Assembly: GCA_035391225.1 (NCBI GenBank)
Contig: DAOPKN010000001.1
Span: 32,808 to 96,807 of the forward strand
DNA: 64,000 nucleotides
Reading direction: 5' to 3'
Origin: Thermotogota bacterium
Lineage (GTDB): Bacteria; Thermotogota; Thermotogae; MWEM01
The position numbers and the translations under genes are program-made. Below, piece after piece: positions 43,503 through 55,909 of this stretch (position 1 is its first letter; the number at the start of each line of letters is the position of its first letter). The notes below the pieces were generated by a model. It ran no database searches. It was given only the letters and a program-made list of their open reading frames with translations, and was not told the DNA's origin.

Positions 43503-44402
43503 ATGAACCACAACAGGGAGTTTCCATTTATCCAGGTGAAAGATACCGAGCTGAAGGAAAGGATCGTGGGCTTCGTGAAGGAGTACCTGGAATTCATGAC
43601 GTTGCCGCCTCAGGTTTTCGTGTACGACCAGGAATCCGTTCTTCCGTCGGACGTGGAAGGATCCGTGTTGTATTTCTTGGGCTCCCGGGTGGAAGGGTAC
43701 TGCGCGGGGGAAAAAGTGTTCGCCTTCGAGGACTCCCGTAATCCGCGTTTTTTTTCCATGGCGTTGACCTGGCTCTTGGAAAGCAACACGGGCAAACCGG
43801 AACACCTTTGTTCGGCCCAATCCGTTCGCAAGCGGTTGATTTCGGTTCTCGAACCCTTCATCGTGCTGATGGAGGTGGAAGACGAGCGGGGGTACAGCCA
43901 TTCGCAGCGCGTGTCGAATCTTTTCGTGCAGTTTTCCCGCTACCTGGGTCTTCCCAAGGAAGATGAGAAGATGTTTCTCCACTATTCCATGTTGCACGAT
44001 GTGGGAAGGATCGGGTTGGAGCAGTTGATGTTGTATTCTCCCACGCGACTGCGCAACTTCGAGGAAACCGGGCAGGACCACACGATTACCGGGTCGATTT
44101 ACCTTTCTACCCTGGAAGTGCTGGACGATTTCATTCCTTTCGTGCGCAGTCACCATGAGCGGTTCGATGGAAGGGGTTTCCCGGACCGCTTGAAAGCGAA
44201 AGAGATCCCCTACTGGGTGCGGGTGTTTTCCATCGTGAACTGGTACGATAATGCCTTGAATACCGTGGATTCGGAGTTTTCCACGGGGGTCATGAGTTCC
44301 ACCCAAGCCCTTTCGATTATCCGGGAAGATGGCGGCAAGATGTTTGATCCGCACCTCGCATCCGAGTTCGTGCATTTCATGTTGCTCGAGCGAGACGCAT
44401 GA
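43503..44402 (+). CDS. HD-GYP domain protein (third copy in the window)
   Basis: 'MLHDVGRIG' and 'HHERFDGRGFP'. Start set at ATG 43503 (AAAGGGGG site upstream). The ORF-track start 43020 lies inside the M50 gene. Confidence 0.75.
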   Translation: MNHNREFPFIQVKDTELKERIVGFVKEYLEFMTLPPQVFVYDQESVLPSDVEGSVLYFLGSRVEGYCAGEKVFAFEDSRNPRFFSMALTWLLESNTGKPEHLCSAQSVRKRLISVLEPFIVLMEVEDERGYSHSQRVSNLFVQFSRYLGLPKEDEKMFLHYSMLHDVGRIGLEQLMLYSPTRLRNFEETGQDHTITGSIYLSTLEVLDDFIPFVRSHHERFDGRGFPDRLKAKEIPYWVRVFSIVNWYDNALNTVDSEFSTGVMSSTQALSIIREDGGKMFDPHLASEFVHFMLLERDA

Positions 44403-44956
44403 GCTTTCACCCCGTCATTGCGGCCATCTGGGATCCACGCGCGATTGCTCCTTCCCTGGAGCAAAGCGTTTGTTCCCACGTTTTTTTGCTGCGCTCGGAC
44501 ATCGTGGGGCTGCAGGGGCAGTTGAAGCAAATCCGCCGCGCGGGGAAAAAGGTGTTCGTGGACGTGGATTTCGTGGATGGCCTTGGCAGCGACGAGTATG
44601 CACTGCGGTACGTGCATCTCAGTGGGGCGGATGGTATCATTACCGTGCGCTCTCGCATGGTGGAGTTTGCCAAGAAGGTAGCTTTCCCGGTGGTGTTGCG
44701 CTCTTTTGCACTGGATTCCAGCGCGTTGGAACGCATGGCCGAAACCATCCGTGGTTGCTCCCCGGATTTCTTGGAAATTTTGCCGGGGTTGGCGCTTGGA
44801 AAAGCAAGGCAGTTCCTTTTGGAGCGGGAGCTTTTGCTTCCTCCATTAATTGCCGCGGGCTTGGTGGATACACGTGAGGAAATGGACACTCTGCTATCCC
44901 AGGGAGCTATTGCCGTTTCCACGAGTTGCCAGGACCTGTGGAAACCCTGGCCCTAA
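44399..44956 (+). CDS. GlpP-like protein (glycerol-3-phosphate-responsive antiterminator family, PF04309)
   Basis: 'MSFHPVIAAIWDP...' and C-terminal '...PLIAAGLVDTREEMDTLLSQGAIAVSTSCQDLWK' parallel Bacillus GlpP ('...PVIAGGLIRTEED...AGATAITTSDKQLWK'). Confidence 0.5.
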   Translation: MSFHPVIAAIWDPRAIAPSLEQSVCSHVFLLRSDIVGLQGQLKQIRRAGKKVFVDVDFVDGLGSDEYALRYVHLSGADGIITVRSRMVEFAKKVAFPVVLRSFALDSSALERMAETIRGCSPDFLEILPGLALGKARQFLLERELLLPPLIAAGLVDTREEMDTLLSQGAIAVSTSCQDLWKPWP

Positions 44957-44983
44957 GGGCCTTCTTTTTCGGAGGTGCATGCA

Positions 44984-46264
44984 ATGCCGACACGCAACAG
45001 GTTCTTTTTGCTTCTCTTGGGTATCCTCTTGCTGTTTTGGGGTAGTGCACTCGCGGACGATTTCATCGTGTACCCCGACGGGATTGCGCTAATGGGGCAG
45101 ACGGTGATCCCGCTTTCCCACCACGTGGAAGTTCCCCTGTACCCCGGGGTGCTGAGCAGTAGCTTGTTCTTCGACCGTTGGCCCCAAAAGTTCTGGGTGG
45201 AACCGGGAGTTTCGCCCGAACCCTCGTCGCAGCTGGAAAACCACGTGGGAAAAACCATTGGTTGGATGTTTCCGGATGGTAGTACCGAGAAGTACGAGCT
45301 GGTCAACGCCGAGCCCGTGTTGTTGCGGGGTCCACTGGGGATTTTCCAACCCCCAAATGGGGTTCCGGTTCTCCCGGAAATGGAAACCCCCAGCGCCAGT
45401 CCCGTTTTGCACGCGCTGTACAACGAGATCTCTTCCCCCTTTCGCCTCACCTACCAGATGAAGGGGATCGACTGGGATATCGGGTACCGGGTTTCGCTGG
45501 CCCCCACGGTGGTGGATATCCAGGGGGTGCTTTCGTTGTCCAACGCCCTTTCGGTTCCGGTGCACATCGATTTTCTGGTGTTGTTTTCCGGAACCATCTA
45601 CCGCACCACTCCCCAGGACCAGGGGGTGCTGTACATGACGTCGCGCAACCTGTCCATGGAGTCCATGGCGGGCGCAGATTCCCCGGTGCAGGTTTCGGAT
45701 TACGACCTGTACGAAATGGGGGGGCCTTTCGCGCTTCCGGCTGCAAGGAGGGTGGATTTTCCCTTTTTCCACCAGCAAGAAAGTTACCGAAAACTGTACG
45801 GGTTGGAGTTTTCCTCCTATAACCCGCAGGCGCAGTGGGTTCCCTTTGAGCAGATGATCGAGATTGCCGAATTGAGCCGGCCACTTCCCGCTGGGAACGT
45901 TTCCATGTACGAGCAATGGAATGGCAAAGAGGTGTTGCTGGGAGAGCAGCACGTGGAAAACCACGCCAAGGGAGACCGTCTGCAGCTCTACTTCGGGCAA
46001 ACGGACATGTTGTTGGGCAAGATGGAACTGGTGAGTTCCACGCGCCTGACCGACAGCATGGAGCAAACGCTGCGCGTGGTGGGGAAGAACCTTTCCTCCG
46101 AGATGAAAACGGTTTCTGTGCGCATACGAATCCCCCAGGATGCACGGCTACAGGTGAAGGGGGGAGGATACGAACGGGAACGCGCAGACTTGTTGCGATT
46201 GACGTTCATGATTCCGGGACAGGGAGAAACGGAGCTGCAGCTTGTGCTACAATACAGTCGCTGA
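44984..46264 (+). CDS. Secreted hypothetical protein
   Basis: Start set at ATG 44984 (GGAGG 8 nt upstream), giving the signal peptide 'MPTRNRFFLLLLGILLLFWGSALA'. No confident family assignment. Confidence 0.45.
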   Translation: MPTRNRFFLLLLGILLLFWGSALADDFIVYPDGIALMGQTVIPLSHHVEVPLYPGVLSSSLFFDRWPQKFWVEPGVSPEPSSQLENHVGKTIGWMFPDGSTEKYELVNAEPVLLRGPLGIFQPPNGVPVLPEMETPSASPVLHALYNEISSPFRLTYQMKGIDWDIGYRVSLAPTVVDIQGVLSLSNALSVPVHIDFLVLFSGTIYRTTPQDQGVLYMTSRNLSMESMAGADSPVQVSDYDLYEMGGPFALPAARRVDFPFFHQQESYRKLYGLEFSSYNPQAQWVPFEQMIEIAELSRPLPAGNVSMYEQWNGKEVLLGEQHVENHAKGDRLQLYFGQTDMLLGKMELVSSTRLTDSMEQTLRVVGKNLSSEMKTVSVRIRIPQDARLQVKGGGYERERADLLRLTFMIPGQGETELQLVLQYSR

Positions 46265-46844
46265 ACACCTTCGGAAGTTGTTGCAAGAGAATGTGGGTCG
46301 CAAGCGCCTTCGCCACGTGGAAGGCGCTTTACATTGTGCCCAGGAGATCTGCGCGGCGCATCGCCTGGATTTCCAACCCGTGCGCATCGCAGTGCTCGCC
46401 CACGATCTTTTCCGCCATCATCCACAAGAATGGCTTCTGCAACAGGCAAAAGCGTACGCGTACCAGCCCAACGAAGTGGAGAGGCAAAACCCCAAGCTCT
46501 TGCATGGTCCGATCGCTGCGTTGTTCTTGGAAAGCCGATTTGGGAATATGCCCCACTTGCAGGAGATCTGTGAGGCCGTGCGGTACCACACCTCGGGGTG
46601 GGATTTTACGTCCTACGTGGGCAAGGTACTGTTCGTAGCGGATGGAATCGAGATGGGGCGAGAGTACCCCGAGGTCGAACGGCTCCGCGAGCTGGCACGC
46701 GTAGACTTGGACCACTGCTTTTTGGAAACGGTGAAACAACAGATCCACTTCGCCACGCGAAAGCACTATTTCCTGCTTCCGGGATCGGTGTATGCATGGA
46801 ACGGTGCCCTGCGCGTATGGATGCAAAAGGAGGAAAAAAAATGA
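46242..46844 (+). CDS. HD-domain phosphohydrolase (YqeK-like)
   Basis: 'HVEGALHCAQEI...RIAVLAHDLFRH' His...HD motif arrangement typical of small HD hydrolases of the YqeK type. Confidence 0.5.
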   Translation: MCYNTVAEHLRKLLQENVGRKRLRHVEGALHCAQEICAAHRLDFQPVRIAVLAHDLFRHHPQEWLLQQAKAYAYQPNEVERQNPKLLHGPIAALFLESRFGNMPHLQEICEAVRYHTSGWDFTSYVGKVLFVADGIEMGREYPEVERLRELARVDLDHCFLETVKQQIHFATRKHYFLLPGSVYAWNGALRVWMQKEEKK

Positions 46845-46849
46845 ACGTC

Positions 46850-47860
46850 CTTGATTTTACCCCGGACCGTCTGCGACAGAAGTTCGAGGAACTTGGGTGG
46901 AAGAAGTTTCGCGCCGACCAGTTGTGCGATTGGGTGTACGACAAGAGGGTAATGGATGTGCAAGCCATGACCAACTTGTCCAAGCCCTTTCGGGAAGAGC
47001 TTGCCGCTTCTTTTGAAATTGGATTGCCCGCGCTGGTGGAGCGGCAAGAATCAAAACGGGATGGTACGAAGAAGTACCTTTTCGAGCTGTCGGATGGACA
47101 ACGTATCGAATCGGTGTTGCTCTCCCATCCCAATCGCCGCACCGCGTGCATTTCCACGCAGGTTGGCTGCCCCCTGAAGTGCACCTTTTGTGCAACGGGC
47201 CAGTCGGGTTACGCGCGCAACCTGGAACTGGGAGAAATCCATGGCCAGGTGCTGGCCATTCGGGTCCTGGAAAATGTCCGTGTCTCCAACATCGTGTTCA
47301 TGGGAATGGGGGAACCCTTGCTCAACTTGGAAAATGTTTTGCAAGCGGTTTCGATTTTGCACGAACCGCGGTTGTATAATATCGGAAAGCGGCATATCAC
47401 GATTTCCACGGCGGGCATCGTTCCCGGTATCGACCGGCTGGCGGATTTACGCTGGGGGGGAAGGTTATCCGTTTCGTTGCATGCTCCCAACAACGCGGTG
47501 CGTGACCGGTTGATGCCGATCAACCACCAGTACCCGGTGGAAGAAGTGTTGCAAGCGATTGGGCGCTACTCCGAGCTGACTTCGGACAGGGTGACCATCG
47601 AGTACGCGTTGATCCGCGAGGTCAACGATTCCATGGAGAACGCCGGGGAGCTGTTGCAGCGCTTGAAAGGTATGAAGGTCAACGTGAACCTGATTCCGGT
47701 GAACCCAGTGGAGGGTTCGTATGAAAGGTCTTCGCTCTCGCAGGTGGAGGCCTTCCAAAAAATCCTTGCCGATGGTGGCGTGGAAACCGTGGTTCGCGTG
47801 GAAAAGGGAATCGATATCGATGCTGCGTGCGGGCAGCTACGAAAAAGGGGAGGGAAATAG
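46850..47860 (+). CDS. rlmN: 23S rRNA (adenine2503-C2)/tRNA methyltransferase RlmN (radical SAM)
   Basis: 'ACISTQVGCPLKCTFCATG' CxxxCxxC radical-SAM motif with the RlmN-specific context. Start set at ATG 46850. Confidence 0.85.
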   Translation, partial: LDFTPDRLRQKFEELGWKKFRADQLCDWVYDKRVMDVQAMTNLSKPFREELAASFEIGLPALVERQESKRDGTKKYLFELSDGQRIESVLLSHPNRRTACISTQVGCPLKCTFCATGQSGYARNLELGEIHGQVLAIRVLENVRVSNIVFMGMGEPLLNLENVLQAVSILHEPRLYNIGKRHITISTAGIVPGIDRLADLRWGGRLSVSLHAPNNAVRDRLMPINHQYPVEEVLQAIGRYSELTSDRVTIEYALIREVNDSMENAGELLQRLKGMKVNVNLIPVNPVEGSYERSSLSQVEAFQKILADGGVETVVRVEKGIDIDAACGQLRKRGGK

Positions 47861-47861
47861 G

Positions 47862-48770
47862 GTGCAGCACAAAAAAAGATGGATCTGGTGGGTTGTTCTG
47901 GTAGCGGGAATCGTGGGGGCCTTTTTCTTCTTGCGTGCCAATTTTCGCAACGACATGTTCGTTCACCCCGTGCTCTTTTCCGTGGGACCGTTCCAGATCC
48001 ACTGGTACGGTGTGATCATCGCCACGGGTATCATCATCTCGTACCTCATCGGTAGGAGGTATGCCATCGCGGAAGGAATCGAAGACGAGCACATTGCCGA
48101 AGGCATCATCATCGGGGTGTTTTCCGGAATCGTGGGAGCACGGCTTTGGTACGTTTTCTCGCGCTGGGAGGTATACTCCGGCAACCTTTCGGAGATCTTC
48201 ATGACCTGGCATGGGGGAATGGCCATTCACGGTGGTGTTTTGGGAGGGATGCTGGGGGTTTTCCTGTACACCCGGCTACGCAAGAAATGCTCCTTCGGGT
48301 ACCTGCAGGCTTTCGATATCGCGAGCATGATGTTCCCCCTGGCGCAAGGCATTGGCAGGTGGGGGAATTTCTTCAACCACGAGGCGTACGGAGGCCCAAC
48401 GGATCTTCCCTGGAAGATGTATGTTCCTCCTTTGTACCGCATGCCGGGTTTCGAGGGCGTGGAGTATTTCCATCCCACCTTCCTGTACGAGTCTATCTGG
48501 AACTTCTGCGTGTTCGCTTTCTTGTTGTGGTACTACAAGACCAAGAGGAAGAACTTCGGGGAAGTGCTGGGACTGTACCTGGTTCTGTACTCCCTTGCGC
48601 GCTTCTTCATCGAAGGATTGCGGTTGGATAGCCTGTGGTGGGGACCACTCCGCGCGGCGCAGGTTACGAGCGTTATCCTGATCGCGATTGGCATTGCGTT
48701 GTTCGTGTGGGCTCGCAAGAAGGGGAAAAAGGCGCCTTCGGTTTCTGTTGGCAATGGAAACGGGAAGTAG
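47862..48770 (+). CDS. lgt: Prolipoprotein diacylglyceryl transferase
   Basis: 'GPFQIHWYGV', 'GARLWYVF', 'GNFFNHEAYG' Lgt signature regions. GTG start at 47862 with a GGGGAGGG site upstream. Confidence 0.8.
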   Translation: MQHKKRWIWWVVLVAGIVGAFFFLRANFRNDMFVHPVLFSVGPFQIHWYGVIIATGIIISYLIGRRYAIAEGIEDEHIAEGIIIGVFSGIVGARLWYVFSRWEVYSGNLSEIFMTWHGGMAIHGGVLGGMLGVFLYTRLRKKCSFGYLQAFDIASMMFPLAQGIGRWGNFFNHEAYGGPTDLPWKMYVPPLYRMPGFEGVEYFHPTFLYESIWNFCVFAFLLWYYKTKRKNFGEVLGLYLVLYSLARFFIEGLRLDSLWWGPLRAAQVTSVILIAIGIALFVWARKKGKKAPSVSVGNGNGK

Positions 48771-48771
48771 A

Positions 48772-50163
48772 ATGGCCGAACCCTCTACCCCCGCGAAAAT
48801 CCCCCCCCATGACCTCGAAGCCGAGAAGGCTGTTCTCGGCTCGATGCTCATGGATACCGAGGTGGTGGGAGATGTCATGGAGATCTTGCGGCACCAGGAC
48901 TTCTTTTCTCCGGGCCACCAGCGGGTGTTTCGTGCGATGGAGCTATTGTTCGAAATGGGTGACGGCATCGACGTGTTGACCGTTTCGGATGTTCTCAAGA
49001 AAAGGGCGGAAATCGACCAGGCTGGCGGAGAGCTGGGAATTGCACGGTTGGCAGATGTCGTGCCCACTTCGGCACATGCGGTGCAGTATGCCCGGGTGGT
49101 GCGGGAAAAATCCATCCTGCGGAACCTGATTCACGCGGGAAGCCGTATCGTGGAAAATGCCCACAGCCAAAAGGAAGTCGACGATATCCTGGACGAAGCG
49201 GAACGATTGATCTTGCGCATCGGGGAACGGACATTGGACCGATCCTATTTCCCCTTGGACAAGGTGGTACATCGGGCCTTCGATAAGTTGGAGCAAATCA
49301 AGGTACGGCACAACGCCCCCGAGGGGAAACTATTGGTCACGGGTCTTGCCACCGGATACCCCGACTTGGACGAAATCACAACTGGTTTTCACCCCTCGGA
49401 CATGGTGATCGTGGCGGCACGACCCTCCATGGGGAAATCCGCACTCGCACTGCACCTTGCTCGCAACATGGCGGTGGATTTCCACTACAAGGTGGGGATC
49501 TTTAGCTTGGAAATGTCCGCAGAGCAGATCGCATTGCGCCTTTTGAGCCTGGAATCCCGCGTTCCCTTCGAGAAGATTCGGCGTGCGGACATCTCCAACG
49601 ATGATTGGAACCGCTTGACGCATGCTGCGACCACGTTGATGCACACGCCCATGGTGATCGACGACGATTCGATGCTCGATCCACGTGTACTTCGTACCAA
49701 GGCACGAAGGATCAAGAAAGAGTACGGGCTCGACGTGATCGTGCTCGATTACTTGCAGCTCATGAACAGCGGGCGCAACCGGGAAAACCGCCAGCAGGAG
49801 ATCTCCGAGATCTCCCGCTCCTTGAAGGTGCTGGCACGGGAAATGGATGTGGTGATGATTGCCGCTTCGCAGTTGTCCCGGTCCGTGGAGCAGCGGGAAG
49901 ACAAGCGGCCCCGCCTTTCGGACCTGCGTGAATCCGGGGCGATCGAGCAGGATGCCGACACGGTGCTTTTCATTCACCGGGAAGCATACTACCAACGCGC
50001 GAAAGAGTCGTCGGAAGATAGCGGCGTGCGCGTGATCAACGAACCGCACGAGGCGGAGATCATCATCGGCAAGCAGAGAAACGGTCCCGTGGGCAGCATC
50101 AGCCTGACGTTTCACCCGAGTTTCGTGGGGTTCTTCCCCCGGAGTTTCCGGAATGAAGCGTAA
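48772..50163 (+). CDS. dnaB: Replicative DNA helicase DnaB
   Basis: 'PPHDLEAEKAVLGSML' N-terminal motif, Walker A 'ARPSMGKSALAL', and 'LDVIVLDYLQLM...QLSR' helicase motifs. Confidence 0.9.
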   Translation: MAEPSTPAKIPPHDLEAEKAVLGSMLMDTEVVGDVMEILRHQDFFSPGHQRVFRAMELLFEMGDGIDVLTVSDVLKKRAEIDQAGGELGIARLADVVPTSAHAVQYARVVREKSILRNLIHAGSRIVENAHSQKEVDDILDEAERLILRIGERTLDRSYFPLDKVVHRAFDKLEQIKVRHNAPEGKLLVTGLATGYPDLDEITTGFHPSDMVIVAARPSMGKSALALHLARNMAVDFHYKVGIFSLEMSAEQIALRLLSLESRVPFEKIRRADISNDDWNRLTHAATTLMHTPMVIDDDSMLDPRVLRTKARRIKKEYGLDVIVLDYLQLMNSGRNRENRQQEISEISRSLKVLAREMDVVMIAASQLSRSVEQREDKRPRLSDLRESGAIEQDADTVLFIHREAYYQRAKESSEDSGVRVINEPHEAEIIIGKQRNGPVGSISLTFHPSFVGFFPRSFRNEA

Positions 50164-50953
50164 GAACAGGATCCTTTTGGGGGGCTTTGTGTTCGTTTTT
50201 CTTCTGGGAGCGTACGGGATGCTGGTGGAACCGAATTTTCTGCAAACACGGGAATTGTCTCCAAGCGTAACCGGGGTTCCAAAACCGCAAGGCGTTCGCG
50301 TGGTTTTTTTTGCGGATTTGCATATGGGCAAATGGAGGGGCTTTCACGAACGGTTGCTCCAACGCATCGCGGATGTGAAACCTTCCTTGATTCTTTTCGG
50401 GGGAGATGCGCTTTCGCGCTTCACCGACGTATCCGACCTGAAACGTTTTTTTTCCGCACTCTCCGAGATCTGCCCGGTGTACGCCATCTTCGGGAACTGG
50501 GAGGAATACGCACCGGTGCATATGCGCAAGCGGTACGAGGAATTGGACGTGAACCTTTTGGAGATGGAGTCCACGGTGGTACACGTCGATGGAATGCGCA
50601 TCGGTCTCACGGGGCTGGAATCCCACCAGTTTTTTCCCCGCACCACTTTCCTTTCGCCGGATGTGCCCACGGACTACCGCATCTTGCTGGTGCACGCTCC
50701 CAACCACTTGGAGCAATACCCGGAAGTACTGGATGGGTTTGACCTTGTTTTGAGCGGGCACACCCACGGTGGTCAGCTTTTCTTCCCCGGGCTATCTCGC
50801 TGGATTTCCGAGACCGCGCAGGGGACTTCCTACACCTTTTTCCGGGGTGCGTACCGCTTGGGGCACACCGGAATCTTCGTCACCAAAGGCGTCGGGCAGT
50901 GGTTTCCCTTCCGCCTCTTTTCCGCCCCCGAATTGTGCTGGTTCACGTTATAA
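50153..50953 (+). CDS. Calcineurin-like metallophosphoesterase (YkuE-like, membrane-anchored)
   Basis: 'VVFFADLHMG', 'GGDAL', 'GNWEE' and 'GHTHGGQ' metallophosphatase motifs. Confidence 0.75.
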   Translation: MKRKNRILLGGFVFVFLLGAYGMLVEPNFLQTRELSPSVTGVPKPQGVRVVFFADLHMGKWRGFHERLLQRIADVKPSLILFGGDALSRFTDVSDLKRFFSALSEICPVYAIFGNWEEYAPVHMRKRYEELDVNLLEMESTVVHVDGMRIGLTGLESHQFFPRTTFLSPDVPTDYRILLVHAPNHLEQYPEVLDGFDLVLSGHTHGGQLFFPGLSRWISETAQGTSYTFFRGAYRLGHTGIFVTKGVGQWFPFRLFSAPELCWFTL

Positions 50954-50986
50954 AAAAAAGCCCCCGTTAGGGGGCTTTCTTTTTTC
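50952..50986. terminator. Bidirectional rho-independent terminator between convergent genes
   Basis: 'aaaaaaaaGCCCCCgttaGGGGGCtttctttttt' is a GC hairpin flanked by an A-tract and a T-tract. It lies between the metallophosphoesterase stop at 50953 (+) and the MCP stop at 51003 (-). Confidence 0.7.
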
Positions 50987-51002
50987 ACTGTTTTCCCTTC
51001 AC

Positions 51003-53051
51003 TCAAAAATCAGCGGTGTCATCGTCCAATGGGATAACATCCTCCGGGTTCACCACGCGGGTGGTTCCGGTGGGTTTCCTCTTGGGTACGATGTTCTGGT
51101 TCTTCTGCCCGCCGGCAAGTCCCTTGGGTTTGTTGCCCCCGGTGGGGTGTTGCAGGTGTGGGGGGTTCGCGTGCTGGGCGGGTTTCTTCGCCGGAGCCTT
51201 GTGAGCCCTTCCCGTGGGCGCGAGGGATTCGATGCCCTCTTTTCCCGTCACCAGCTTGTTGAGCTGTCCCACGATTTCCCGCATGCTTTCGGCTTGTGCG
51301 CTGAGCTCCTCGGATGCGGAGGCGCTTTCTTCCGCGTTGGCGGCGTTGCCCTGCGTGACTTCTTCCATCTGTCCCACCGCGACGTTGATCTGGTTGATAC
51401 CCTGCGCCTGCTCGTTGCTGGCTGCGTTGATTTCGTCGATCAGCGAGTTGACCTTGGTGGCGTGCTCGTTGATTTCCACCAACGCAGTGCCAACCTTTTC
51501 GGCCACGGAAACCCCTGTCTGGGAGAGCTGGATGTTCTTCTCGATGATGCTCGCGGTATCCTTCGCTGCCTGGGCGCTTCGCTGCGCAAGGTTGCGCACT
51601 TCTTCCGCAACCACTGCAAATCCTGCTCCCGCTTCCCCTGCCCTGGCAGCCTCCACGGCAGCGTTGAGTGACAGGATGTTGGTTTGGAAGGCGATGTCGT
51701 CGATGACCTTGATGATCTTGGAAATCTCGTCGCTGGATTTCTTGATTTCTTGCATGGAATTCATCATTTCCTGCATCTGGGAATTTCCCGTTGCGGCGGA
51801 TTCCTTGGTTTTCTTGGCAAGGATGGAAGCCTGGTTGGTGTTCTCCGTGGTTTGTTGGATCATGGACGTGGACTCGTTGAGTGTTGCGGAGGTTTCCTCC
51901 AGTGCCGAGGCCTGCTCGGAGCTTCCTTCCGCGAGCTGCTGGCTGGCAGAGGAGAGTTGGTCGGAAGCGGAGGCCACCTGGTCAGACCCCTGGTTCAGGT
52001 CGTTGACGATGCGGCTGATGGGCTTGGTGATGCCACGAATAACCACTACAGCCAGTACGGTTCCCACGATCACGGCAATGATCAGGCCGATGATGACCAC
52101 CATCGTGGAGCTGGCAAGCGCACTCACAGCGCTGTTGGCCACGTCACTCGTTTGGGTGATACCACCCTCCGCAACCTTTTGCGCGGCTTCCAGAACCTTG
52201 TTCGCCGCGTCGTTCCGTTGGGTGTTCAGCGAGTTCAAGTCTTTCCAGTTGGTTGCAAACTGACGAATGGCCGTTTCGTACTGGCCAAGAGCCACAAGGA
52301 TCTGGTCGAGTTGGCGGATGTTAACATCCACCTTTGTCACGGCGCGGATCTGCTTTTCCACCAGCTTCATCGCGTCGAAGTTGTTGAGCACTTGCTCCAA
52401 CATCGTGATATTCGATGTTGCCTGCGCCTTGAAGTTGGTCACGCGGAGCTCGTTGCCCATGTCGATGATGTCGTTGATCCAGGTGATCTTCTGCAACCGG
52501 TCCTCGAGTTCAGCAGTCGTGGCGCCGGCTTCGATCTGCTCTTTCATCTTGTCGTTCTGGGAGGTGAGGTAGGCCCCGGTTTCCTGGACGAACAGCGCCG
52601 CTGCCTGGTCCATTTGGGTACGCAGCGTTTTCATGGCATTGATTTCGTTCTGCGTCTGCGTTACGAGAGAGTTGTAGGTGGTGACCTGGGACTTGGCTTG
52701 CCCGATGTTGTTTGCCAGCGCGGTCAACTGGGGAAAGTCTTCGACGTGTTTTTCCGCGACTGCAATCTCTTCGTCCACGAGCTTCAAGTAACCTCGGCCT
52801 TGGGTAAGGAAGGTCTCGTCTTCGCTGTAGCTGTAGCCCCGAATGGCGAACATGGTAAGCAGTGAATTGCGTTCCAACTCGTTGGCCATTTCTACTTCCG
52901 GAACATACGCTTCGGCGAGCTCGGTGGACTGTGCCTGGATGTTCATCATGTTGAATACCGCGATCAAACCGATGACGCCCGCAATCGCCAGGATGACGAT
53001 GAATCCCAGCGCGATCTTGAAACTAAGCTTCATGTTTGAAAACATCTTCAT
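51003..53051 (-). CDS. Methyl-accepting chemotaxis protein
   Basis: N-terminal TM helix, HAMP, and the MCP signalling core '...[35 protein letters not shown]...'. Confidence 0.9.
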   Translation of the reverse strand: MKMFSNMKLSFKIALGFIVILAIAGVIGLIAVFNMMNIQAQSTELAEAYVPEVEMANELERNSLLTMFAIRGYSYSEDETFLTQGRGYLKLVDEEIAVAEKHVEDFPQLTALANNIGQAKSQVTTYNSLVTQTQNEINAMKTLRTQMDQAAALFVQETGAYLTSQNDKMKEQIEAGATTAELEDRLQKITWINDIIDMGNELRVTNFKAQATSNITMLEQVLNNFDAMKLVEKQIRAVTKVDVNIRQLDQILVALGQYETAIRQFATNWKDLNSLNTQRNDAANKVLEAAQKVAEGGITQTSDVANSAVSALASSTMVVIIGLIIAVIVGTVLAVVVIRGITKPISRIVNDLNQGSDQVASASDQLSSASQQLAEGSSEQASALEETSATLNESTSMIQQTTENTNQASILAKKTKESAATGNSQMQEMMNSMQEIKKSSDEISKIIKVIDDIAFQTNILSLNAAVEAARAGEAGAGFAVVAEEVRNLAQRSAQAAKDTASIIEKNIQLSQTGVSVAEKVGTALVEINEHATKVNSLIDEINAASNEQAQGINQINVAVGQMEEVTQGNAANAEESASASEELSAQAESMREIVGQLNKLVTGKEGIESLAPTGRAHKAPAKKPAQHANPPHLQHPTGGNKPKGLAGGQKNQNIVPKRKPTGTTRVVNPEDVIPLDDDTADF

Positions 53052-53524
53052 TCCCCCTTAATCTGCGCAAGCGCAGCAAGTTCTTGTGCGTTGAGCACTT
53101 TTTCGATGTTCAGGAGCATCACGACCTTTTCCTTCACCTTTGCCATACCCATGATGAAGTCGGTGTCCACCGATGTACCGTACTGTGGGGGAGGTTCGAT
53201 GCTGCCTTCCTGGATGTTCACAACCTCGGCCACGGTGTCCACCACCACGGCCATCAACCGCTTCTCCTCGTTCACCTGGATTTCGAGCACGATGATCACG
53301 GTGCGTTCGTTGTACTCCTTCTCTTCCAGTCCGAACTTCAGTCTCAAGTCCATGATCGGAATGATTTTTCCCCGAAGGTTGATCACACCCTTGATGAATT
53401 CGGGCGTGCGGGGTACTTCGGTGATTTCGATCATGCCAATGATGTCCTTGATCTTCAGGACCGGGATTCCGTAAAACTCCTTTCCGAGCGTGAAAGTGAG
53501 GTAAATCCCGGAATTGCTTTCCAT
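53048..53524 (-). CDS. cheW: Chemotaxis coupling protein CheW
   Basis: '[21 protein letters not shown]...[15 protein letters not shown]' CheW domain. Start set at ATG 53524 (AAGGAGAG site upstream). Confidence 0.85.
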   Translation of the reverse strand: MESNSGIYLTFTLGKEFYGIPVLKIKDIIGMIEITEVPRTPEFIKGVINLRGKIIPIMDLRLKFGLEEKEYNERTVIIVLEIQVNEEKRLMAVVVDTVAEVVNIQEGSIEPPPQYGTSVDTDFIMGMAKVKEKVVMLLNIEKVLNAQELAALAQIKGE

Positions 53525-53547
53525 ACAATCTCTCCTTTCGTGGGGGG

Positions 53548-55898
<2,351 letters not shown>

Positions 55899-55909
55899 TT
55901 TTCGCCTTC

